45,675 nucleotides of DNA from Candidatus Bathyarchaeota archaeon (GTDB lineage: Archaea; Thermoproteota; Bathyarchaeia; Bathyarchaeales; Bathyarchaeaceae): NCBI GenBank assembly GCA_020344435.1, contig CP070826.1:1021024-1066698 (forward strand). The letters are read 5' to 3'. This document shows, piece by piece, positions 34,920 to 44,971 of this stretch. Made by a program: the position numbers and the translations under genes. The notes beneath the pieces are model-generated. The model searched no databases. It saw only the letters and a list, made by a program, of their open reading frames with translations, and was not told the DNA's origin. Every line of letters begins with the position of its first letter. Within the stretch, counting starts at the first letter, position 1.

Positions 34920-35154
34920 TTCTCTCGCTGATCTCCATGATTTCTTTCTCTTGATGGAGCAGAATAGATATCAGCATAGCTTCGAGGAGAACCGGCCTAG
35001 TTGCCATGCTCCCTGCTGAAGCGAAATTTCTGCAAGCATTAACCATCCTATTGAAGGCCTCAGCATCCTTGGCTCTTAACGCTTTTCGGAAACCCTTCCA
35101 TTTGTCAATCTCACTCTCCAATGCTTGACGATACGAAGGAACAGTCCTGCCCAT
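34885..35154 (-). CDS. hypothetical 89-aa helical protein
   Basis: It sits between the RecA-like gene (4-nt gap) and polB (35-nt overlap) on the same strand and has balanced composition. Confidence 0.55.
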   Translation of the reverse strand: MGRTVPSYRQALESEIDKWKGFRKALRAKDAEAFNRMVNACRNFASAGSMATRPVLLEAMLISILLHQEKEIMEISERIERLEKWLHQP

Positions 35155-35158
35155 TCAG

Positions 35159-35866
35159 CTAATCCTCCATAAACATGTCCATTGTAACCGCATTCGAAAG
35201 AACATCGATTGAAAAAGATTTGATGTTCTGATGCTCCTCCAAAGTGAATCTGAGATCTCTTGTAGATTCCTTGAATCTCATCACAGCACCTGCTCTTCCG
35301 AACAAAATCGATTCTAGAAAGAAGCTTCTGCTAGAATAAGGTCGAGTGAGATATGAAGCGACAACGACTGCTCGCCTTCTAGAAGCAACTTCCAAGAGAT
35401 GATGAATCATCTCAAGGAAGATGTTCCTGCCTTCTATTTCAGGCACATCACGATCGAGGAAAAGCCCAATTATATCCGAAACAACGACAAGTTTAGACCT
35501 GTACATCTTCAGGAAATTCTCCAATTTTTCAAAAATCAACTCTGCTAGCTGATATGCTGTGAAAGCCCTCGAAATCAAAATCTTCTCAAGGGTAGACCTT
35601 GGCTTTAAGCCGCTATCTTGAGCTATAACCGAAACCGCATATGGATCAAAAGTGTTCCCGCCATCAATGAAAACAGCTCTAGAGTTCAGCCCTCCTTTTC
35701 TAAAAGGCAATTGACACCGAACGCTCAGAAGAAATAACAGCAGAGTGCAAAGGTGACGCCCAGCTAAAACTACAAAGTCACCGCCTTGAAAACCTTGAAA
35801 GCCCTCATCTAGTTTCGGGATGCCCAGAGCTAAGACTCGGTTAGATTTTCCAGACAACGCAATCAC
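35159..35866 (-). CDS. RecA/RadB-like protein with a degenerate Walker A motif (predicted inactive ATPase)
   Basis: LGIPKLDEGFQGFQGGDFVVLAGRHLCTLLLFLLSV aligns with the RadB segment LDRLLGGGLP..GISLVYGEAETGKSSLAV, but the GxxxxGK(S/T) motif is gone. AVFIDGGNTFDPY and KLVVVSDIIGLF retain the fold landmarks. The start codon is GTG. Confidence 0.6.
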   Translation of the reverse strand: MIALSGKSNRVLALGIPKLDEGFQGFQGGDFVVLAGRHLCTLLLFLLSVRCQLPFRKGGLNSRAVFIDGGNTFDPYAVSVIAQDSGLKPRSTLEKILISRAFTAYQLAELIFEKLENFLKMYRSKLVVVSDIIGLFLDRDVPEIEGRNIFLEMIHHLLEVASRRRAVVVASYLTRPYSSRSFFLESILFGRAGAVMRFKESTRDLRFTLEEHQNIKSFSIDVLSNAVTMDMFMED

Positions 35867-36010
35867 GTGTGTAAAGGGATATGAGAATCGAGTTCACAAC
35901 TCATAAGGATTCAGTAGAAGACTATTCTATCCTCCTAGAGACTCGTAGATGAAAGTAAAACCGATATTCTATTCTATTTCCCAGTCCAAGGCTTTTATGA
36001 GGATGACTGC

Positions 36011-36952
36011 TTGACGCGATATCTGATTGGAGCGGGTGGATGGGCATATTTTCAAGTTCCTGGAGAGCGGTCTCTCGCAGCATACTCAAAGGCGTTCAAT
36101 TTCGTGGAGGTGAACTCAACTTTCTACGAGATATCCAGCCTCAGACTTGTGAAATCTTGGCGCAGCTCGGTTCCTCAAAACTTCGAGTTTGCAGTAAGGT
36201 GCAATAAAGCATTGACTCACCAACACAAGTTCCAGGCAACATCAGAAGCCTACGAAACTCTAAGACACATGATCATCATCTGCAAGAATCTGAAAGCCAA
36301 CATTCTACACCTGCAGACGCCCTCAACTTTCAGGGCAACAAAGGCTAATGCAGATCTCATGCGCAACTTCCTTTCTTCGACGGACTTGAAAGGTGTAAGA
36401 ATTGCCTTGGAGATGAGAGGTGCCAAGCAACCACTCAACTCGACTCTCATCAGGACTATGCAAGACCTCAGCATGATCCACTGCGTTGACCTCTCCAAAG
36501 ATGAGGAACCTGCCTACGAATCTGACATTATGTATTCACGACTCTTCGGAAGAGGCTCTCACAACATTTACCAGCCAACGGATGAAGACCTCGTTAGAAT
36601 CGACAGAAGAGCGTCCAAAGGAGATCACAAGACAGTGGCTGTCAGCTTCCACTTCGTCAGGATGTATAAGGATGCTGCCCGCTACAAAACATACAGGCAA
36701 ACTGGAAAATTTCCGATGATCACAGAATCTACAGGGCAAAGATCGCTTATTGAGGTTCTCCAGGAAGACGCCGAATTCCCGAGCAGCAGGAAAGAGTTGA
36801 TTCTGCATCAGGGATGGAAACTGATCGATCTGACTGAGGACAAGAGAGTCCACGCGTCATATCTGCTTCAGAAACTGCCTGAAAGAACCTACCGCAGCAT
36901 CAACGAGATAGCTCAATCACTCAACTTCACAAAAACCGCGCGAAATCTATAG
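36011..36952 (+). CDS. DUF72-family protein
   Basis: IGAGGWAYFQVPG...LAAYSKAFNFVEVNSTFYE...VKSWRSSVPQNFEFAVRCNKALTH is the DUF72 N-terminal signature. The start codon is TTG. Confidence 0.75.
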   Translation: MTRYLIGAGGWAYFQVPGERSLAAYSKAFNFVEVNSTFYEISSLRLVKSWRSSVPQNFEFAVRCNKALTHQHKFQATSEAYETLRHMIIICKNLKANILHLQTPSTFRATKANADLMRNFLSSTDLKGVRIALEMRGAKQPLNSTLIRTMQDLSMIHCVDLSKDEEPAYESDIMYSRLFGRGSHNIYQPTDEDLVRIDRRASKGDHKTVAVSFHFVRMYKDAARYKTYRQTGKFPMITESTGQRSLIEVLQEDAEFPSSRKELILHQGWKLIDLTEDKRVHASYLLQKLPERTYRSINEIAQSLNFTKTARNL

Positions 36953-36987
36953 CCCCTTTTCTTTCGGAGCCTCCGCGCGCGGATTGT

Positions 36988-38118
36988 CTATTTGATTTCT
37001 CGGTCAAGGGGCACGTATCCTCTGAGTCTTCGTAGGGCTTTCAGCTTTTCTCTACTGCCCATGCGCGCGTTTTCTATGGCATTCTGGAGGAAATGTATGG
37101 ATTCGTCCATTGCTTGGCGGTTCACTGGGTAGGGTACACCGTCTTTTCCTCCATAGGCGAAGCTGTATTTGACTGGATCCTTCCAGCTTGGTGCGTTGCC
37201 ATAGATTAGCTGTGAGATAAGAGCTAAGCCTCGGATGGTTGCTGGGCCTATGCCCGTTATGTTGAGGAGTTCTTCGTAGTTTCTGGGTTGGAATTCGTAG
37301 GCTTGTTTGATGGCTTTCCAGTTCAGGTTGCGTGGCATGTAGAGGGTGTCGACTACGTAATTCGTCGGGTTTATGCAGCGTACCCATTCTTGAAGGGACT
37401 TCTGATGTTTCGGCCGGATGGATTTGAGCATGCGTCTGATTTTTGCTGGTTCCTCTTTAGCTATATCCGTGGATGTTTTCTGGCATTGCAGGCTTTGTCT
37501 AGCGGTCATATCAAGGGCGATTTGACGTTTTGCGTCGCCTACGATGGCGTTGTGGGGCTCGACTAAGAAATCTCTGGCATTCTGCGAGCGCCAGTGGTAA
37601 CGGCGAGCCGTTCTGTCTTGTATGTTCATGCCTTGCTGGATTATTGCCCATTCTGCCTTTTCGGTTATGAGAATGACGTGGTGGTAGAGGGGGTAACCTG
37701 CTTGGACGGCTGTATTATCGACTTTAGCCGAGATTCTGCTAACATACCTCAGGCGGTGGGCTGTAGCGGTGGAGAGGTTGAGGTGTTGTGCTGCTTCAGT
37801 GATTTCTATGGGGGTTTGGCGCGAGAGTCTGCCTTTGCCGCCGCACACCGCGATTCCATGCTCAGCGGGTTCTGTGGCTTGTTTGAGGACGGCTGTTAGG
37901 ACTGTTGTCAATCCCGAGGAGTGCCAGTCGTAGCCCAGTGTGCATCCTAGGGCTTGGAACCAGTGAGGGTCTGAGAGGCGGGCAAGGAGTGTCTGTTGAG
38001 AGTACTCCTCGATGAAGACGGTGATTATTCGTCGGGCTAACCTTGTCATTCTTCTGGTTAGCCATTGAGGAGCTTTGCCGTAGTGTAGGGGAAGGGCTGC
38101 TGTTCCAGTTCTGGGCAT
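36988..38118 (-). CDS. DUF763-family protein
   Basis: TAALPLHYGKAPQWLTRRM...LARLSDPHWFQALGCTLGYDWHSSGLTTV matches the archaeal DUF763 signature. Confidence 0.7.
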   Translation of the reverse strand: MPRTGTAALPLHYGKAPQWLTRRMTRLARRIITVFIEEYSQQTLLARLSDPHWFQALGCTLGYDWHSSGLTTVLTAVLKQATEPAEHGIAVCGGKGRLSRQTPIEITEAAQHLNLSTATAHRLRYVSRISAKVDNTAVQAGYPLYHHVILITEKAEWAIIQQGMNIQDRTARRYHWRSQNARDFLVEPHNAIVGDAKRQIALDMTARQSLQCQKTSTDIAKEEPAKIRRMLKSIRPKHQKSLQEWVRCINPTNYVVDTLYMPRNLNWKAIKQAYEFQPRNYEELLNITGIGPATIRGLALISQLIYGNAPSWKDPVKYSFAYGGKDGVPYPVNRQAMDESIHFLQNAIENARMGSREKLKALRRLRGYVPLDREIK

Positions 38119-38273
38119 AGGGCGTACTCCTTGTGATAGTATTGCGCGTGTAGGGGTTTAAACTGTACGCACATGCGAATCTAGGTCCAACTCTCCGCCT
38201 ATTTTATGACCCAGATGGGTATGCACACATAAATTCAAGGAGAAGAATCTACTAAAGATGACAGGTGGCTGAA

Positions 38274-39770
38274 ATGAAGAAGGTTGCTTTGGCCTGTTTG
38301 TTGTTTTTCTTTCTGCTATCCTCAAAACTCCTGTTAACACTATCCTATGACGTTCAACAAGTCAGCGCGGAGGCTAGGACTTGGACTGTGGATGATGATG
38401 GTCCAGCAGACTACCACACAATACAAGGAGCTGTAGATGCGGCAGAAGAAGGGGACACCATCTTCGTATACAATGGAACGTACTATGAGACTGTCTTTGT
38501 AGAGAAGTCTCTTTCGCTGGTTGGAGAACACAGAAGCGGAACCATAATTGATGGTGAGCGAACAGGGACAGTTGTACATGCCAACAATACGAGTGTGGTA
38601 ATAACAGGGTTCACAATAAGAAACAGCAGTGATTACCCTCATACTGGCATTAGCCTAAAAGACTCGCGTAACAGCAATGTAACTGACAATATGATCTTCA
38701 ACTGTACAGAGGGCATACGAATGTACAATTCAACAGACACCATTGTAGAACACAATACGATAGCCGCTAATTATGGCGGCATTCATCTGGCTGGCAACTC
38801 GCACATCAACCTCATCACGCACAATGTCATAGACTCCAATTCGTGGGGGATCTATCTGGACAATTCATCTGACAACCTCCTCAGGGGGAACTCCTTGACA
38901 AACAACTCGTGGACAGCTATCGACTTATTCCAGTCTGAATGTGAGAATAACATTCTATCTGGTAACATCATTGCTAACAACGGTAATGGAGTGCGCTCCT
39001 ATAACGGAGCAAGTGGAAACACAATACGAGACAACGTCATAATGTACAACAATGATACAGACGGCGGGAAGGGAAATGGCATCTCCCTAAGCGGGCATTC
39101 AAGGAGCCATACTGTGACTGGGAATACCATTATAGGGAACCGTTATGGGATTCATCTATTTATATCAGAAGATAACACGCTCTACCACAACAACTTCATC
39201 AACAATACAAAACATGCGCACCAAGCCACTGGCAGCTACTCAAATTCCTGGGACAACGGTTTTGAGGGGAATTACTGGAGCAACTATACTGGTGTGGATT
39301 CGGATCATGATGGAATAGGCGATAGTCAGTACGAAATCGACGAAAACAATACAGACCTTTATCCTTTGATGGGCACGTTCTATCATTTCAACGCAGACTC
39401 CGAATATCCCGTTCAGACTATATGCAATTCGACAATAACCGATTATGGATTCAATGGTTCTGCCATCAGTTTCGATGTCACCGGGAAGAATGGCACCGCC
39501 GGCTTCTGTAGGATTCGCATTCCAACAGCCCTGCTGAATGACACATATCGAGTATTTGTGAATGGCACAGAAGTACCACACACTCTGCTGCCACCTTCAA
39601 ACAGCACACACGTCTACCTTCACTTCAACTATCTTCACTCAACACAAGAAGTAACAATAGTACCAGAGTTTCCATCATTTCTCATTCTACCACTATTCAT
39701 AATGGCAACGCTTCTAGCAATATTACTCTATAAAACAACAAAATGCCGAACAATACAAAACAAACAGTAG
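38274..39770 (+). CDS. secreted parallel beta-helix (NosD/PbH1-repeat) surface protein with a PEF-CTERM sorting signal
   Basis: The signal peptide is MKKVALACLLFFFLLSSKLLL. There are about 10 repeats of the type N.I..N..GI.L..S..N (ITGFTIRNSS, NVTDNMIFNCTEGIRM, NTIAANYGGIHL and so on) and many N-x-S/T sequons. The C-terminus is VTIVPEFPSFLILPLFIMATLLAILLYKTTKCR: PEF, then a TM helix, then a basic tail. Confidence 0.8.
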   Translation: MKKVALACLLFFFLLSSKLLLTLSYDVQQVSAEARTWTVDDDGPADYHTIQGAVDAAEEGDTIFVYNGTYYETVFVEKSLSLVGEHRSGTIIDGERTGTVVHANNTSVVITGFTIRNSSDYPHTGISLKDSRNSNVTDNMIFNCTEGIRMYNSTDTIVEHNTIAANYGGIHLAGNSHINLITHNVIDSNSWGIYLDNSSDNLLRGNSLTNNSWTAIDLFQSECENNILSGNIIANNGNGVRSYNGASGNTIRDNVIMYNNDTDGGKGNGISLSGHSRSHTVTGNTIIGNRYGIHLFISEDNTLYHNNFINNTKHAHQATGSYSNSWDNGFEGNYWSNYTGVDSDHDGIGDSQYEIDENNTDLYPLMGTFYHFNADSEYPVQTICNSTITDYGFNGSAISFDVTGKNGTAGFCRIRIPTALLNDTYRVFVNGTEVPHTLLPPSNSTHVYLHFNYLHSTQEVTIVPEFPSFLILPLFIMATLLAILLYKTTKCRTIQNKQ

Positions 39771-39961
39771 CCCACTGATTCATTTCTAGATCCATGCTGG
39801 AACAGAGAATCTCCGTTCCGATTATGCATGCAAGCCATGCACGATTCTCACAAAGGGACATTAAATCAAGATGACACGTATGCAACTCAGACGACAAAGA
39901 ACTCTGAAAGGGCAAATCTTAACTTATGAACCATGAATAAGAAACGAGAGGTGACACAAAG

Positions 39962-40372
39962 ATGACGGAGAAACTGATCCTGAAAATCGACAAGCCCCAT
40001 TTCATCGTCAAACTCACTGAAGACACACTTGAAGTGGACCTCAAAAAGGGCGCAAAGAAAGAACTCGAAGACGCAGTCGAGGCGCATCCACTCCTCAGAG
40101 AAAGCCTAGGAGTCCTGTTCCAGACCATAGTACCATTAGACGTCGCACTAAAAGACGTACAAACCGCAGAAGTGGACAAAAAAGGAAGGCTAAAAGTGAT
40201 TCTCCCCCTACGAAGAGACATCACGATTCCCCTAGACATCAAAGAATCGAAGAAACTAGCAAAGAAGCTGAATGAGCTAATACCCCAAGCAAAACTGAAA
40301 GCAACCAAAAGAATGGGCAAAATAGAAGAGTTGGATGAAAGACCGAAAACAAAGCCTTGGCGACCAGTCTAA
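39962..40372 (+). CDS. hypothetical charged protein (136 aa)
   Basis: The ORF is clean with balanced composition. I recognise no family. Confidence 0.5.
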   Translation: MTEKLILKIDKPHFIVKLTEDTLEVDLKKGAKKELEDAVEAHPLLRESLGVLFQTIVPLDVALKDVQTAEVDKKGRLKVILPLRRDITIPLDIKESKKLAKKLNELIPQAKLKATKRMGKIEELDERPKTKPWRPV

Positions 40373-40523
40373 ACCAATATTAAACGAATTATAAGTAGCC
40401 ATATCCCCGGAATGAGCCCAGACCAGATCTGCGAAAACGCAGCCATAAGGTCCATGGGATCAGACAAGCCTTCTAAGGCCGGTACTGTTCATTAGAAAGC
40501 AGCTTGCGCTCAAAATGAGTCGC

Positions 40524-40718
40524 TCAGAAAAGCCGGATGCCCCTAACATTCTTCGTCTGCCAAGAATGACGTTTTATCGTGGCAGTCTCTCCATAACCAC
40601 ACGCTGAGCACCGCTTCTTCCTAACATGATAGGCCCTTCTACCACAACGCCTGCATTTGATATGTAACGTCTTACCTTGGCGCTTCCCAAAAGAAGGCGT
40701 GCCCTTACTCTTCCCCAA
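40524..40718 (-). CDS. rpl37e: 50S ribosomal protein L37e
   Basis: The protein reads MGKSKGTPSFGKRQGKTLHIKCRRCGRRAYHVRKKRCSACGY. Confidence 0.92.
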   Translation of the reverse strand: MGKSKGTPSFGKRQGKTLHIKCRRCGRRAYHVRKKRCSACGYGETATIKRHSWQTKNVRGIRLF

Positions 40719-40724
40719 ACCCCC

Positions 40725-40955
40725 TCACCTAGAAGGGGGAGGAGAAACAATTACCACATTATCTCCCCTCACAATTATAATGCCCAGTTTCCTCGCCTTC
40801 TCTCTATCCGTTGTGTCCTCCGTCTCCTCCAGTACCAAGTTGAGATGTTGATCAAAACCCTTCAACCTCCCACGTAAACGTCTCCCTCCCCTCAACCTGA
40901 CAAGAACAGTCTTCCCAAGACTCTCCTCTAGAATCTCAGTCGTCATCTCACTCAT
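40725..40955 (-). CDS. Sm-like archaeal protein (LSm)
   Basis: Sm1 is VLVRLRGGRRLRGRLKGFDQHLNLVLEE and Sm2 is IIIVRGDNVVIVSP. Confidence 0.9.
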   Translation of the reverse strand: MSEMTTEILEESLGKTVLVRLRGGRRLRGRLKGFDQHLNLVLEETEDTTDREKARKLGIIIVRGDNVVIVSPPPSR

Positions 40956-41034
40956 GTGCTGCCATCACCCATACTATGCCCCTATAGGTGCAAGCGAGAA
41001 TCATTTAAAGGTTATTACACCGAAATACCCACAA

Positions 41035-41535
41035 ATGCCCGACAACATAAAGAGACACTTCTTGCGGGAGAAAGAGACTGAAGACATCCTTCACGAACTG
41101 TCACGCAACCTCCATGTAGAAACCCAACAACTCCTAGGCTCCAAACCACGCATTGAAGTAGCCGAGACTCAATCCATCGACGTCTATCTCCTCAACGGGA
41201 AGCCCGTACTGGTCAGGCTCAACCACACGCTTTCCCCAACCCTCTTCTTCGAAGAAATCCTCCAACTCCTCCCTAGAATCATGGTAGATCTTGGCGCCGT
41301 ACCACACATATGCAACGGAGCAGACCTGATGGCACCAGGCATCGTCCGAATCCTTGGAGACTTCAACGAAGACGATATCCTCCTAATAGCCGACGAGAAA
41401 CACCAGAAACCTCTTGCCATCGGCAAAGCCCTCTCCGACTCTCAACATATGAAGAGAGTCAGACATGGAAAAGTCGTGCAGAACATCCATTACGTTGGCG
41501 ACAGACTCTGGAATCTACTAAAGAGAATACACTAA
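41035..41535 (+). CDS. PUA-domain RNA-binding protein
   Basis: VDLGAVPHICNGADLMAPGIV...LLIADEKHQKPLAIGKAL...GKVVQNIHYVGDRLW is a PUA signature. The start is the ATG at 41035; the track start at 40954 overlaps the Sm gene start. Confidence 0.75.
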   Translation: MPDNIKRHFLREKETEDILHELSRNLHVETQQLLGSKPRIEVAETQSIDVYLLNGKPVLVRLNHTLSPTLFFEEILQLLPRIMVDLGAVPHICNGADLMAPGIVRILGDFNEDDILLIADEKHQKPLAIGKALSDSQHMKRVRHGKVVQNIHYVGDRLWNLLKRIH

Positions 41536-41602
41536 GACTTCTTGAAGCGATAGCCTTAGGAAAAAACTTAAAGTCGAATCACAACAATTCTAGTCTCGGT
41601 CA

Positions 41603-41923
41603 ATGACAATGCCAGACTCCGTACAACCTCCTGCCAAAATATACCTTAGAGCCCTCCTCCTGCGAGACCTAAGCGACGTTGAAACCGTAAAACACGAAGT
41701 AAACGCCGGAAACGTCCTCATCCTCAGAATCAGCGCCTTGGCAGAAAGGAGCGTTGAAGACGTCAAAAGAGCAGTAGATGATCTGTGCCACTTCACCGAA
41801 CTAATTGGAGGCGACATCGCACGACTGGGAGAGGAACGAGTAGTAGTGACGCCCTCTTCTATCCGCATATGGCGCGGAGAGAGCATCCTCAAGGAAGGAG
41901 GAACGCCCACAGAAGCGGGGTAA
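41603..41923 (+). CDS. sepF: SepF-like cell-division protein (DUF552)
   Basis: The protein is about 106 aa. IYLRALLLRDLSDVETVKHEVNAGNVLILRISALAE...VKRAVDDLCHFTELIGGDIARLGEERVVVTP follows the SepF core pattern. Confidence 0.7.
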   Translation: MTMPDSVQPPAKIYLRALLLRDLSDVETVKHEVNAGNVLILRISALAERSVEDVKRAVDDLCHFTELIGGDIARLGEERVVVTPSSIRIWRGESILKEGGTPTEAG

Positions 41924-42039
41924 GAGTCTCGATCCATATGCACCCCGATTAGGTGTGCGCAGTCTGTAGAATCTGCCTCAACCTTATTACAAATTTCTGT
42001 CAAGAATGCATAAATAAGTCTGCAAATATACAATCATTT

Positions 42040-43542
42040 ATGCTAAAACTGTTGAAGGAAGCCTGCGGTGTCTTCGGCGCCCAAGACTTCAAGCGGGATT
42101 CCGTTTTTCCCTACATCTATTGGGGACTGAGATCACAGAATCATCGCGGCCATCAATCACACGGTTTTATCACATTTGACAGAGAATTCAATCTGCACAG
42201 AGAGTTGGGTCTAGTTCCCAAAATTGAGAGAGAAGACCTCCAAAATTGGCTCACCAGGCTGCCTGGACACGTAGGCATAGGCAGCATAAGATATACCACA
42301 TCTGGCGGAACCGACGAGGAGTCATTGATAAAGGGTATTCAACCGTTTCTAGCGGAAACAGATAATGCGAAGATTGCAATGGCCTTCAACGGCAACATCG
42401 TCAACAACTCCCAGTTGAAGCGGGAGATAAGAGTAGAGTTCCCCGATTTCACTTATGCATGTGATGCGGAACTGCTCTGTAGAAAGCTTCTTCTTGGGCT
42501 TGAGGAAAGCCGTAGTCTTGCTTCTTCTGTTACAGCTTGTATGAGAGATGTAGAAGGCGCGTTCTCCGTAGCAGGAATAACTCAAAGGGGAGAGTTGTTC
42601 GCTTTCAGAGATCCCTGTGGAATAAGACCTCTCTGTTGCGGCTACAGTGAAGACAAGAACATATGCGCTGTCTCTTCAGAGACCGTTGGCTTGGACATCG
42701 GTGGCCTCGAATTCGATTTCGAGGTGGAGCCTGGAGAACTCGTGGTCGCATCTGAGAATGGATTCAAAAGGGAACAGCTTGTTAAATGTGAAAGTAGAGC
42801 TCTCTGTGGCTTTGAATTCGCCTATTTCGCCAGACCAGATTCGCGAATCGGCGACAGATACGTTTATGAAATCAGGGAGGACTTCGGGAGAAATCTTGGA
42901 AAGGAATACACTGAAATCACAGAAGATGCGGACATAATCATCTCAATACCACAGACATCCAATGACGCTGCTTATGGACTTCATGAAGAGACTGGAATAA
43001 GGTGGGAGCGGGCGTCTAGAAGACACCGATACGTTACAGAGAGAGCGTTCATTTTACTGCCGCGAGAGAGACACTCGACAATAGACAAGAAGATCAACAT
43101 CTTAGATCGGAGGCTTCATGGCAAGAATATCGCGGTAGTTGAAGATAGCATCGTCAGAGGCGACACAACCAAAACCATCGTTCAGAAACTGCGCAGAAAG
43201 GGGGCGAAGAGGGTTGACTTGTTCATCACTTTTCCGAGGATAATTGGCCCCTGCTTCTATGGAATCGACATGGCGACGTACGGCGAGTTGATCGGATCCA
43301 AACACAATGCCCAGGAGATAGCTGAAATAATCGATGCAGATACAGTGAACTATCAGTCGCTTGAGGGGCTTGTCAGAGCAACAGGCCTTACGAGGGACAA
43401 ACTGTGTTTGGGGTGCATCACCAGCGAATATCCCACACCGCTAGCTCAAAAGATGGCAAACAAGATGAAAGAACGGTTCGAGGGAGGGCACAAAGAACGA
43501 GGGAGAATCTACGAGCTGGCAAGTGAACAAACTATCTCCTAG
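42040..43542 (+). CDS. purF: amidophosphoribosyltransferase
   Basis: The Ntn-type N-terminus is MLKLLKEACGVFG, a short propeptide before the catalytic Cys. The PRPP loop is IAVVEDSIVRGDTTKTIV. The start is the ATG at 42040. Confidence 0.9.
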   Translation: MLKLLKEACGVFGAQDFKRDSVFPYIYWGLRSQNHRGHQSHGFITFDREFNLHRELGLVPKIEREDLQNWLTRLPGHVGIGSIRYTTSGGTDEESLIKGIQPFLAETDNAKIAMAFNGNIVNNSQLKREIRVEFPDFTYACDAELLCRKLLLGLEESRSLASSVTACMRDVEGAFSVAGITQRGELFAFRDPCGIRPLCCGYSEDKNICAVSSETVGLDIGGLEFDFEVEPGELVVASENGFKREQLVKCESRALCGFEFAYFARPDSRIGDRYVYEIREDFGRNLGKEYTEITEDADIIISIPQTSNDAAYGLHEETGIRWERASRRHRYVTERAFILLPRERHSTIDKKINILDRRLHGKNIAVVEDSIVRGDTTKTIVQKLRRKGAKRVDLFITFPRIIGPCFYGIDMATYGELIGSKHNAQEIAEIIDADTVNYQSLEGLVRATGLTRDKLCLGCITSEYPTPLAQKMANKMKERFEGGHKERGRIYELASEQTIS

Positions 43543-43555
43543 GCGATGATTCTTC

Positions 43556-44965
43556 ATGGAAAAGATAGGCATCTTGGTCGTTTGCTACGGCTCAAGAGGA
43601 GTCGCGATGGTTGATGCCTTCCATCGAAGCGAGAATTACGATGCTGAGATTTACATTGCAGACAAGCAGAGAAACCCCTTCAACGCAGAAAAAGCCGAAG
43701 AACACGCCGTGATCACTGACCTTGATGTAGAAAGGATCTGTCGCTTCGCGAAGAAACACGAAAATAGGATTGATTTCGGGATAGTTGGAGCTGAAAAACC
43801 CATAATCAACGGAGTCAGAGACCTCATCGAAGCAGAAACGAACATACCCCTGATTTGCCCTACAAAAGAGTGCGCTATCGAAGGAAGCAAAGTGGCGCAA
43901 AGACACCTATTCGAAGAAGTAGTGCCCGAAGCGAATCCGAGGTTCAGGATTTTCCATCCGAAAGAATACACCAGCCTGCACAAAGCGAGAAAAGAATTGT
44001 ACCGTTGGCTTGACGAGCTTGAGAATCAGGCTGCAGTCAAGCCTGACCGCCCAGCTGCTGGAAAGGGCGTTGGCGTCTGGGGCGACCACTTCAACTCTCG
44101 TAAGCAGCTGCTCGAGCATTTCCTGTCAAACTACGAACACGGTCCTGTGATAGTAGAAGAGAGAATCACGGGAGAGGAATCTAGCTTCCAGGCTCTATGT
44201 GACGGAAAACATATAGTGCCACTGCCGGAGACACGGGATTACAAGAGAGCCTTTGACGGCGACAGGGGACCCAACACTGGAGGAATGGGATCCTACAAGG
44301 ACATAGGTGACTGGTTACCGTTTATGACCCAAGCTGACAGGGAGAAAGAAATAGAAGTCGTAACCAAGGTTTTCAGAAGATTGAGGGGCCGGAGTAGAAA
44401 CCCTGGCTTACGCGGTGTTCCCTTCTATGACGCCTTCGTTCACACTGGAGGTGAACCAAAGATTCTCGAAAACAACAGTAGGCCTGGGGACCCAGAGATA
44501 CAGAATCTTCTGCCCATACTGAAAGACGATCTCATAGATGTCTGCTTCAGAATCCTCGATGGAAACTTGACCAGAGTTGACTTTGAGAGGAAGGCTACAG
44601 TCGTGACTTATAAAGCACCACCGAATTACGGTGAGTTCAACAAAGTTTTTCCGCAGCGTTTGAATCTTGAAGAGATCGCCAGCCCAGTCGACTTGAGTAG
44701 AGCACACAAGCTGACTGAGAAGTACGAGGATGACATCAGAATATACCCTGGATCAATGGAACTCAGGAACGGACGGGCGTACGCACTGGCCTCTAGAACC
44801 CTCTGCGTCGTAGGCGTCGGAGACGACATCGACACCGCCAGGCGGATCTCTCTTGAAGGCACAAGAGCCATTCGCGGCGGATCTCTCTGGCATAGAAGCG
44901 ACATCGCCTCACGAGAGCATATTACGAAGAGTGTAGAACACATGAAGGCGCTGAGGAGCTCATAG
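43556..44965 (+). CDS. purD: phosphoribosylamine-glycine ligase
   Basis: AAVKPDRPAAGKGVGVWGD, VIVEERITGEESSFQALCDG and RDYKRAFDGDRGPNTGGMGSY are PurD ATP-grasp motifs. Confidence 0.88.
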   Translation: MEKIGILVVCYGSRGVAMVDAFHRSENYDAEIYIADKQRNPFNAEKAEEHAVITDLDVERICRFAKKHENRIDFGIVGAEKPIINGVRDLIEAETNIPLICPTKECAIEGSKVAQRHLFEEVVPEANPRFRIFHPKEYTSLHKARKELYRWLDELENQAAVKPDRPAAGKGVGVWGDHFNSRKQLLEHFLSNYEHGPVIVEERITGEESSFQALCDGKHIVPLPETRDYKRAFDGDRGPNTGGMGSYKDIGDWLPFMTQADREKEIEVVTKVFRRLRGRSRNPGLRGVPFYDAFVHTGGEPKILENNSRPGDPEIQNLLPILKDDLIDVCFRILDGNLTRVDFERKATVVTYKAPPNYGEFNKVFPQRLNLEEIASPVDLSRAHKLTEKYEDDIRIYPGSMELRNGRAYALASRTLCVVGVGDDIDTARRISLEGTRAIRGGSLWHRSDIASREHITKSVEHMKALRSS

Positions 44966-44971
44966 GGTGCG

